Assembly (NCBI RefSeq): GCF_000025945.1
Contig: NC_006138.1
Location: forward strand, 2,760,001-2,792,000
Direction: 5' to 3'
DNA from: Desulfotalea psychrophila LSv54
GTDB taxonomy: Bacteria > Desulfobacterota > Desulfobulbia > Desulfobulbales > Desulfocapsaceae
DNA length: 32,000 nucleotides
Shown in pieces: positions 18,285-25,652 of the stretch; positions within the stretch are counted from its first letter, which is position 1; the number at the start of each line of letters is the position of its first letter. Made by a program: the position numbers and the translations under genes. The notes below the pieces were generated by a model. The model did not search any database. It saw only the letters and a program-made list of their open reading frames with translations, and was not told the DNA's origin.

Positions 18285-18576
18285 TTCAACGTTTTGGCAT
18301 CACGACCGTATTTTGGCCTCTTTTGACATTTGAGTAGGTAATTGAATGCCATTCCTTCCAGAATCAACCTGAAAACATCCTACAGAGGAGGGTCTGATTG
18401 AAGCATTATTTCGTGGGTGCCCATCCTCCCACATGGCAGCATTCTTTTATACCGATGGTTCCAATATCACAGGTTAGGCACGCAAGAATCGAACAAAAGG
18501 GATAATTTTCCCCCCAACGAATATTAGCAGTATCACTGCAAGAATAATTCCCATAAAAACATTTGCTCCATTCAAC

Positions 18577-19350
18577 TTAAAACGTTGAATATGTCATCTC
18601 AAATGGTCCAATTTTAACAACACTTCCATCACGCAATAACATGCGTTCGCATACCTCACCATCCACAGTTACCTTTTTATAACCGAGACAATTTTCAAGA
18701 CAGACATCTCCATTTTGCATTATCTGGAACAACACTCCAGGAATATTTGTAAGCAACGAAGCTGAATTAATTTGCAAGCCTGCTTCAGCAGGCATAGTAG
18801 ACTCTACCTCAGGCGCCACAGATTCTCCTTCGTAATCACATACAATGGTCAAGGGTTCATCCAAATACTCATTTACGCCAGCCTGTACCGTTGACTGTGA
18901 TTCTTGCTCCTGCTTGGCACAAGAGAGGATGGTATCCCTCTCCATAGATTCTTCAAGTACCGTACTACTCAAGACCGTATCTGGCTCAGACTCACAACAG
19001 ACCAATCCTTTTATTTCTGGCCTTTTGGGTTTTACTTTGGTGCTTTCGAACAAGAACACCTCAAGATTTGAAGCGAGAACATATTTTCTTTCTTCTATAT
19101 GCCTTTCAAGCTCTGCTTGTATGTCAGAGCTGATAACTTTAAGAAAAGGATAAAGTTCGTTATAATCGTTGCTATGCAAGTAAATATGAAAAGTATTTGG
19201 TGCATAGGTTCGCCTGAGACCTTTTTTACATCCTTGTTCAAGACATCTCACCGCCAATCGGCATAAATCGATTGGATGAAAATCATTCCCCTGATGAAAT
19301 TTTTCCATTGGTATGTTCAGTATATTTTCTACTTTTGTCAAAAAACCCAT
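18577..19350 (-). CDS. FhaA-like protein (DUF3662-type N-terminal domain plus C-terminal FHA domain)
   Basis: The N-terminus MGFLTKVENIL..IDLCRLAVRCLEQG..APNTFHIYLHSNDYNELYPF follows the FhaA/DUF3662 pattern. An acidic linker follows. The C-terminus has a FHA-like end (VTVDGEVCE..LRDGSVVKIGPFEMTY). GGGGG SD. Confidence 0.75.
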   Translation of the reverse strand: MGFLTKVENILNIPMEKFHQGNDFHPIDLCRLAVRCLEQGCKKGLRRTYAPNTFHIYLHSNDYNELYPFLKVISSDIQAELERHIEERKYVLASNLEVFLFESTKVKPKRPEIKGLVCCESEPDTVLSSTVLEESMERDTILSCAKQEQESQSTVQAGVNEYLDEPLTIVCDYEGESVAPEVESTMPAEAGLQINSASLLTNIPGVLFQIMQNGDVCLENCLGYKKVTVDGEVCERMLLRDGSVVKIGPFEMTYSTF

Positions 19351-19519
19351 GCTACCCCCTATTTCAATTATTTATTTTTATCTTCCTTTTTTCAAAATGA
19401 ACAGAGACTCACCTTTATGCATTTACTTTCATATTTTAGTCTTTTTTCACTCTCCCCATCCAATAAAAACCATCAACTTCCGAAAAAGTCGAGAATTTGA
19501 CTGCGAGGGACGGGTGCTC

Positions 19520-19792
19520 ACCCCAGCGTTTATCGGTTTCATCCCGCAAGAGCGGGCTTGGATGGATGAGTTGCCAGAGGCAGGTTATACGGACACCTTC
19601 CGCCTCTTTCACCAAGACCCTGAAAACTATTAGTGGAGTTATCGCTTTAATGCTGGAAGCAAGAATATAGGCTGGCGGATCGGCTATTTCTGTGTCTCTG
19701 AAAATGACCAAAGGCGAATTGTTAATGCAGAGATCCTGCTGGATACCATGGGCTCTAATCACTGCCCCGTCCTCCTCGATTTTAAGAAGTAG
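19520..19792 (+). pseudogene. xth: Decayed duplicate of the xth 3' end
   Basis: Reads ..[81 protein letters not shown]. In-frame TAG at 19631-19633 with a 3-nt deletion relative to copy 1. The catalytic SDH is changed to SNH. No 5' part of the gene. Confidence 0.8.
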
Positions 19793-19796
19793 GGGC

Positions 19797-19827
19797 CAGG
19801 CAGGCGGGCAGGCCTGCCTGCTCTTTC
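19797..19827 (+). terminator. Stem-loop after the xth remnant (CAGGCAGG-loop-CCTGCCTG then CTCTTTC)
   Basis: An 8-9 bp GC-rich stem read directly. Only a weak T tract. A weaker homologue follows the intact xth end at 215-240. Confidence 0.35.
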
Positions 19828-20043
19828 AGCTCCCCGCAGCACAGGGGGGCCGAAGGGCCGTAGTGGCCGGGCTCCTTTCCCTCATCTCTTTTGAGTAAAA
19901 GAGATGAATAGCTCCAAAAAAGCATGACATCGGCACTTATCGAGTGAGCTTTATCAAAACAACAAATTGACATCACGACCTATTTTTTGGGGTCGTTTCA
20001 AATAGAGCGGCCAAAGAATAGAATAATTACCACCGTTACTATG

Positions 20044-21116
20044 TGTTGGGTCCCTGATGATTTCCTAGACATCCGTAGTGAAAGGTTGTTACAATCATAT
20101 GCATGGATGCAGGATTTTATTAACTTCCTTTCAAAAGGTGATTCTTATGCAAGTTAAGCTACATGCAAATGCAACCACAACGCCCCGAATTCGTAAGTAC
20201 ATACAGGAATCAGATAAACCTGTAAGAACACTTGCAAGAGAGCTTGGTGTAGCCGAGACCACAATACGAATATGGCGTGACCGAGACTCCGTTGAAGATA
20301 GGTCCCATACTGCTCAAAATCTCCAAACGACCCTTTCAAAAGATCAGGAATGGCTTGCTGTAGAGCTTCGTAAAATGCTTTTACTGTCACTCGACGATCT
20401 GCTTGTTGTGGTGCGAAAATTTATCAATGCCAAGGCTTCTCGATCAGGACTTGATCGTTGCTTGCGAAGGCACGGAGTAAGCCGTCTTAAAGATTTAATC
20501 CCGGAGACAGCTCCCAAACCATCGCCAAAACAGTTTAAAGAGTATGATCCTGGCTATGTGCATGTTGATCTGAAATATCTTCCTCAGATGCCAGATGAAG
20601 ATCAACGAAGATACATTTTTGTTGGCATAGACAGAGCGACACGCTGGGTATATCTCCAGATTATGCCAGATAAAACAGCGGCGAGTGCATCTCTTTTTCT
20701 TAGAAATCTTTTGGAAAAAGCTCCCTTTAAAGTGAAAACTATTTTAACTGATAACGGTAAAGAATTTACTGACCGTTTTTGTGCTACTGGGCAAAGAGAA
20801 CCTACAGGTAAACATGTTTTTGACCAAAATTGCACCGTCCACAATATTGAGCATAGACTTATAAAGCCAATGCATCCTCAAACAAACGGAATGGTTGAAC
20901 GTTTCAATGGGCGCATTGCTGCCATTCTGAAAAGAACTACATTCGAGTCAGCACAAGATCTTGAGGATACAATGCACCGATATGAGCTAGTTTATAACCA
21001 GCATATCCCGCAAAAAGCATTGAAGCATTTAACGCCCATGGATAAGCTGAAAGAGTTTCATCAACTCAAACCAAATTTATTCAAGAAGCGACCAACCAAT
21101 CGTCGGGGACCCAACA
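20044..21116 (+). mobile_element. IS481-family insertion sequence (1073 bp) with terminal inverted repeats and 6-bp target duplication
   Basis: Left end TGTTGGGTCCCTGATGATT. Right end AATCGTCGGGGACCCAACA (its reverse complement is near identical). ACTATG directly flanks both ends (20038-20043 and 21117-21122). Confidence 0.85.
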
Positions 21117-21181
21117 ACTATGGCGATTATCAATGTCCGCAACCCGGACCAAAGCCAAAAGGTTTTACTGATTTTTCCTAA
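20147..21181 (+). CDS. IS481-family DDE transposase (integrase core domain)
   Basis: MQVKLHANATTTPRIRKYIQES..HTH, then the DDE region (HVDLKYL..VGIDRATRW..ILTDNGKEF..PQTNGMVERFN). AAGGTG SD before the ATG at 20147. The ORF reads through the right IR and ends 65 nt into the flank. Confidence 0.85.
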   Translation: MQVKLHANATTTPRIRKYIQESDKPVRTLARELGVAETTIRIWRDRDSVEDRSHTAQNLQTTLSKDQEWLAVELRKMLLLSLDDLLVVVRKFINAKASRSGLDRCLRRHGVSRLKDLIPETAPKPSPKQFKEYDPGYVHVDLKYLPQMPDEDQRRYIFVGIDRATRWVYLQIMPDKTAASASLFLRNLLEKAPFKVKTILTDNGKEFTDRFCATGQREPTGKHVFDQNCTVHNIEHRLIKPMHPQTNGMVERFNGRIAAILKRTTFESAQDLEDTMHRYELVYNQHIPQKALKHLTPMDKLKEFHQLKPNLFKKRPTNRRGPNNYGDYQCPQPGPKPKGFTDFS

Positions 21182-21682
21182 AAATACCCCAAGGGAAAAG
21201 ATACATATCAGTGCCACAACTATAGCATTGATAAAAGGTGATGAAGGTAGTGCATGTAACTGTTCTGCAAAAAACAGAGGCAAGAGGATGATCAGAGATA
21301 GCAGCAATGGTGCGAATCCATTAACCAGAGCCACCAATATTGGAAGATACCGGCTTGCCTGTCCGTAATCACTCTCTTTCAGATCAACCAACAAGGCCTG
21401 TTCCAATTCATGTAATTCTTTTTCACGCTCAGCTTTCTCGCTCAAGTAGGCGCTACTGAGGCCGCTTATAAACAGAGCGACTACGGCGCCCAAGCAGGCA
21501 CTAATTGCCACCGACAGTTCTGTCATCCCACTTGCATAGAAACCAGTCACCATGCCCAGAATAGTTAATGAACCATCAAAGCCATTGGTAATCAGATAGC
21601 GCCGTGCAATACTTCTGGCACGGAGGACATGCAATATCAGCTGTTTTTTATTTAAGATCATATGGTGTGACCTACAAAACAA
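21077..21682 (-). CDS. VIT1/CCC1-family (vacuolar iron transporter-like) membrane protein, last codons replaced by the IS481 insertion
   Basis: RYLITNGFDGSLTILGMVTGF, a central coiled segment and C-terminal TMs. Removing the IS and one ACTATG copy restores ..LIIAIVTVVIILFFGRSI* ending at 19998. The likely true start is the ATG at 21661. Confidence 0.7.
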   Translation of the reverse strand: MFCRSHHMILNKKQLILHVLRARSIARRYLITNGFDGSLTILGMVTGFYASGMTELSVAISACLGAVVALFISGLSSAYLSEKAEREKELHELEQALLVDLKESDYGQASRYLPILVALVNGFAPLLLSLIILLPLFFAEQLHALPSSPFINAIVVALICIFSLGVFLGKISKTFWLWSGLRTLIIAIVVGSPTIGWSLLE

Positions 21683-21768
21683 AACTTAATTTGATATGAC
21701 TTAACCAGCAGTATTTAATTTTCACAAATTTCTCGCTCTCAAAGACTATTTGCAAGAAGGTTGAAAAA

Positions 21769-22035
21769 TTATGTTGGCTCCGTCCCGTACACTTCAACTT
21801 CATCAATACTATGGACAGATGCGCCCATTTTTTCGATGGCCGTTTTAATATTCTCAAAATTTATATCAGCGCCTTCAATAGTCACGATTGTGCTTTCGGT
21901 GTTTTTGTCCACCTCTGTAACGGTTAATTTTATACGATAATCTCCCCCTAAATCAGCCAGGGTAGAAGAAAAGTCCAATGCATTTGGTTGATGTGGTTTG
22001 AGTACATCAAGTACGACTCTTCGTGTTTTTGTCAT
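21769..22035 (-). CDS. DUF211-family small protein
   Basis: MTKTRRVVLDVLKPHQPNALDFSSTLADLGG..KLTVTEVDKNTESTIVTIEGADINFENIKTAIEKMGASVHSIDEV matches the DUF211 (COG1888) pattern from memory. Same strand as, and adjacent to, the VIT gene. Confidence 0.7.
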   Translation of the reverse strand: MTKTRRVVLDVLKPHQPNALDFSSTLADLGGDYRIKLTVTEVDKNTESTIVTIEGADINFENIKTAIEKMGASVHSIDEVEVYGTEPT

Positions 22036-22354
22036 GAGTAATTCTCAAAAGGTATTAATCTATTAATTTTTACGTCGTGTTAACATCTCTCAACTTACAT
22101 ATTTTGTAGTTTGCACCCAATATCTTTGGTCGTGATGCCAATCTGTTGTTGAAAGAACATCCCTCTTGATGAAAGTGGATTGACTTTATCATATAGACCT
22201 GAGTTACTGGAACAATCCCCATTGTTATACGACTGAGCCCTTCCCCATTTTGGCATCATGCCCACACTACATAACCCAAATCCCCTCCAACCTTACCAGG
22301 AGGGGGAGCACACTGTTAGCATAAGCTAACTAAAAAACACGCCAGCCCCAATAG

Positions 22355-22412
22355 CCTTTTCCAGTTTATCATTCTGGCCAAGAGATCCGCAATATTATGT
22401 GAGCATCTTCGT
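22355..22412 (-). repeat. Partial copy of the gene-proximal repeat family (see 26975-27155)
   Basis: TTCTGGCCAAGAGATCCGCAATATTATGTGAGCATC aligns with TTTGGGCCAGGAGATTTGCAATGTGTTTGAGCATC. Confidence 0.4.
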
Positions 22413-22574
22413 GCCCTTTGTCACAAAGGGCATTATCACCCTGACACGGAATGACTTCAAGTGATCGACAATCATCTAAAATCACAGTTTAAAACATCAG
22501 GCCGGCAAGCTTCAGCACCCAAGTTCCGCACCCCGCCGCCTCAGTAACCTCTTGCCGACTCAACAACCAGCAAG

Positions 22575-22665
22575 CGGATAGTTTTTTTTGAGCCCCATGG
22601 CTACAGTAAAAGTAGTGTCGGTTTTGTGGTAGCATTAATGCTAAGGCGGCACGGAAAGGATTGAG
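22575..22665 (+). mobile_element. Third, short group II intron 5' fragment (inverted relative to copies A and B)
   Basis: GGATAGTTTTTTTTGAGCCCCATGGCTACAGTAAAAGTAGTGTCGGTTTTGTGGTAGCATTAATGCTAAGGCGGCACGG aligns with the minus strand of 18180-18270 and 16930-17015. Confidence 0.35.
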
Positions 22666-22719
22666 TTACATCGCACAAGACGATATTTCGCCAAAACAAC
22701 AAATTGGTATCACGAGCCT

Positions 22720-23150
22720 CGATCGAGTTTCCCGGGTTTGATGGTAGTCACCGGATCGTGGCTTGCCAGCCACCCTGGCCAAAAGGGGAAGCGTTCCCCC
22801 CTTTGAACCCCATGCCGCCCCGGCCCAGTTGCCAATCCTCACTCTCGTTTCAGCTGCCGCTAAGGTTGCGAACGGACTCCTGGGCGCCACTGGCAGTTCC
22901 TCCTGACCTACCCACGCGCCAGCTTCACTCCGTTCGGGCAACTGAGAGGGGGGAGGGGCCACCTCTGTTCTCCATAGCTAATGGTTATTTCCGTGCTTCC
23001 TGTCCAGATCGGCTTCTGGTGGCAATCCCCATTGGCATAGCCGCTCCCTGGCATCCATGCCACCGCAGCTTACCACCCTTGTCCTATTTCAGGCTCATGG
23101 CCTGCAAGACAATGGCCTAAATGCGGGGCCTGTTTCATCAAGAGCCCTTG
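22720..23150 (-). other. GC-rich (about 60%) hairpin-dense non-coding segment; candidate structured RNA or foreign remnant, identity unknown
   Basis: GC of 22741-22800 counted at 63% against roughly 40% in the flanks. The minus strand is purine/GNRA-rich with many local stems (GGCATGGATGCC, GTGGCTGGCAAGCCAC, GGGGAACGCTTCCCC, GGCGC..GCGCC). The overlapping ORFs on both strands (22666..22962, 22704..23120) are Pro/Arg/Ala-rich shadows. Confidence 0.3.
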
Positions 23151-23353
23151 AGGACAGAGAGATAGATGAATCATCTCTGCACAACTTATTTTTCGCATAT
23201 CATGTGCGACTCTAGTAGCTTATTTCTTGTACTTAACACTCTTTTGCGGTATCACCTTGGTTAGAGATTTTATGGAGGGCGAAGGAGTCCGTCTGTCTAT
23301 CACGCAAAATTGTGCTACGAGTCTATACCTTGGTAGGGATCAAAGGAGATATT

Positions 23354-24224
23354 GTGCCCAACGGGAACTCAATATTAATTTAGGCAACTTGGCTAAGCCT
23401 GCCCCGTACTTATTGAAAAAGTATCGAATGCGGTTGGTGTTCTGTATGAGCCAAGGCGGATCATAAAACGGGCCGAAGCTGAAGCAGAAGCTGGAAAAAT
23501 TAAAGCTTTAGCCGGCATTGATCTAAATGAAATCGAGCAAAGAGGTATTGAGCGACTCGTTCATCAAGAAGCTAGAAAGCAGGAGAATATCGAAAATATT
23601 ACAGCAAAAGCTGCGTATTCGATCCCCCCAGGGGCCAAAACGGAAGATCTTGAAGAAGACTGGGTGGCACACTTCTTTGACAAGTGCGACAAGGTCTCTG
23701 ACAAACAGATGCAATCTTTATGGTCGAGCCTTCTTGCCGGTGAAGCTACGAGGCCAGGTACGTACTCTAAGAGAACCGTAGATTTTGTAGCATCTATGGA
23801 TAAGAAGGATGCCGACTTATTTACAAACTTTTGTCAGTTCACATGGATGATTGGTGACGCCACACCACTGGTGTTTGATACGGATAACGAAATTTATACT
23901 AAGCACGGCATAAACTTTACCTCCATTAAACATTTAGATTCGATAGGCCTAATTTCCTTTGAGTCGGTCTCTGGCTATCGAAAAATGGGCCTACCTAAAC
24001 AAGCTGCAATTTTTTACTATGGCCAGCCCACCATTGCTGAGTTTCCGAACGATAAAGACAACGAGATAAAAACAGGTAAAGTATTGTTCACTCAGGCTGG
24101 GCAGCAGCTTGTAAGTATATGTGGCGCACAGCGAAACCAAGAGTTTTATGAGTATGCAATCGAGCAAATATCCAAACAAAAAATTACTCTGTCAAGTTTG
24201 ATACCTAACAAGCGCGTCAACTAG
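23354..24224 (+). pseudogene. DUF2806-family protein, needs two 1-nt corrections near the 5' end
   Basis: AAGGAG SD then GTG at 23354 (MPNGNS..). Shift near 23369-23373 into ..NINLGNLAKPAP. Shift in the C4 run at 23402-23405 into VLIEKVSNAVGVLYEPRRIIKRAEAEAEAGKIKALA..EEDWVAHFFDKCDKVSDKQMQSLWSSLLAGEATRPGTYSKRTV.., the DUF2806 pattern from memory. Confidence 0.65.
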
Positions 24225-24263
24225 GGCGCTCGTAATCCCGCGCCTATTACGCGGTCGTTAGCC
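24203..24263 (+). other. attC-like imperfect palindrome 1 (ACCTAAC ... GTTAGCC)
   Basis: Ends fit RYYYAAC and GTTRRRY (6 of 7). Folds by hand into three stems (CTAAC/GTTAG; CGCGT/ACGCG; TAGG(G)CGC/GCGCCTA with a bulged G) separated by internal loops. Overlaps the DUF2806 stop. The next ORF starts 14 nt after it. Confidence 0.45.
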
Positions 24264-24276
24264 AATTATATGTATA

Positions 24277-24764
24277 GTGGGAATTATGGGTAGAAAACAA
24301 TCAAATGGTAGCGTATCAAAAGAATTAATGCTTCGTAGCAAGATTACAGGGCGTTGGATTAAGCGGTCTGATGAAGAAATTGCTTTGAGTGAAAACTCAA
24401 TTCCAAAGACTTTAGTTCAAATCCAACAGAACAATATTTACTATACTGATACAAATTTAATCATTAGTAATTTTGTCAAAATTAGATATGAAGAAAAATA
24501 AAAGTATTAGAAACGAAATACAACACTATAATTGACAGTATTGATAATTATCGAGCTTACTCTTCTGGCATTGAGATAGTTTTTAACAATTGCCAGCAAA
24601 ATGCTAGTCACTTTGACAATAATTTAAGAGGCATTGTCGATGAGTTTGATGTTACGTGTGAAAAAAAAGAGTTAAATGAAGATTTAATTAGTCTTTCTAA
24701 AGCGTACGTTAAAGTGTTGTTTGTACTCTGCCTTCTCTTTACACAAGGAGAAGGTCAAGAATGA
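24277..24764 (+). CDS. Hypothetical protein, about 162 aa if one A is restored in the A5 run at 24494-24498
   Basis: Tracked ORF 24277..24501 ends ..IRYEEK*. The -1 frame continues open without any start codon (KIKVLETKYNTIIDSIDNYRAYSSGIEIVFNN..GEGQE*) to 24764. Confidence 0.4.
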
Positions 24765-24781
24765 TACGGTTATATATGGCA

Positions 24782-24851
24782 AGATAACTTCTTTTAAAGA
24801 GTACATCTAGGGCTTATTAGAGAGGATACTGATCCCTAAAACCAGTTGGAA
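24782..24851 (+). other. attC-like imperfect palindrome 2 (AGATAAC ... GTTGGAA), weaker
   Basis: Stems AAC/GTT, TTTTA/TAAAA and TAGGG/CCCTA. Shares the CTAGGGC core with palindrome 1. Lies 18 nt after the previous stop and 26 nt before the next ATG. Confidence 0.3.
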
Positions 24852-24876
24852 TAATAACCTTAACTATAAACATTCA

Positions 24877-25200
24877 ATGTACTCCATGTTCATCTATAAC
24901 GATGAATTTAATATTAAATATATTGATGCCCTTGTAGTATATGATAGAAGGTTTGATTCTTCACTTGAACTAATTAGAATATTCAACAAAAACGCCCTCA
25001 TCATCGACACTTACTCCAATTTTGAAATTAGTGGTAGCTTTAAAGAATATCATATTGAGAGTAAGCCAGTGAAGTTAGTAAGCTCGCTAGTTAAGCTATT
25101 ATCTGATATAGATAGATTATTAAACATTAGGCAGGAAATTAATGATATTGACCAAGACATAGTTTTTGAAAAGTTCGAACAGCAAGTTAAAAATGGCTAA
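24877..25200 (+). CDS. Hypothetical protein, 107 aa, AT-rich
   Basis: Clean ATG ORF in a low-GC stretch. No motif recognised. Confidence 0.45.
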   Translation: MYSMFIYNDEFNIKYIDALVVYDRRFDSSLELIRIFNKNALIIDTYSNFEISGSFKEYHIESKPVKLVSSLVKLLSDIDRLLNIRQEINDIDQDIVFEKFEQQVKNG

Positions 25201-25290
25201 CAAATTATTCAAGCTGATTCAAAACGCGTGGCATTCGTGGTTTGAATCCACTTTTGTGTTTACGGTGGTCAATTCAAGTTAAATGGTAGT
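25194..25290 (+). other. attC-like element 3 (GGCTAAC ... GTTAAAT), poorly paired
   Basis: The 5' end GGCTAACAAATTATTCAAGCTGA resembles classical attC starts. The stop codon lies inside it. The internal hairpin GATTCAAA..TTTGAATC is clear, but the outer arms pair badly. Confidence 0.25.
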
Positions 25291-25652
25291 GCGCTTCTTG
25301 CCACCTAACAGGGTGTTACCCCTCCCCAGAACCAGCAACGATCTCCCCGCCGCGCCTCAATAAGCAGGCATTGACTTCCGGCCCCCGCACCTCAACTGCG
25401 GGGACGCCACGGCTTGCGAGGCCTGGCTGACAGCTGACGGCTATCCTTTGCACTGCCCCCTCCCATATTGGGGGCAATCCCCATTGTCACCAAGCTGAGT
25501 AGCGAAAAAGTGGTCGATCGAACTCAGCAGGAGTTCCTCACTGATATAAAGGCTGCACTTATTGCCTGAATCTATCGCAAATCGTAAATGTTAACAATAA
25601 ATTACAAAAAAACATCCGCCTCACATCTCAAGTCGATCTATAAGTTCTCAAC

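Noticed and set aside
22666-23120. ORFs on both strands of the GC-rich island (98 and 138 aa)
   Set aside because: They overlap each other, are Pro/Arg/Ala-rich and have no SD. This is typical of open frames arising by chance in GC-rich DNA.
22720-23150. RNase P RNA, tmRNA, cobalamin riboswitch or rRNA fragment as the identity of the GC-rich segment
   Set aside because: I could not find the universal cores (GGAAAGTCCGG and ACAGAAACCCGGCTTA for RNase P; the tRNA-like GGTTCGAATCC..CCA end for tmRNA; the B12 box) on either strand. Identity is left open.
25226-25262. tRNA-like T-arm GTGGTTTGAATCCAC
   Set aside because: No acceptor-stem partner, D-arm or anticodon arm can be drawn upstream. It is the internal hairpin of attC-like element 3.
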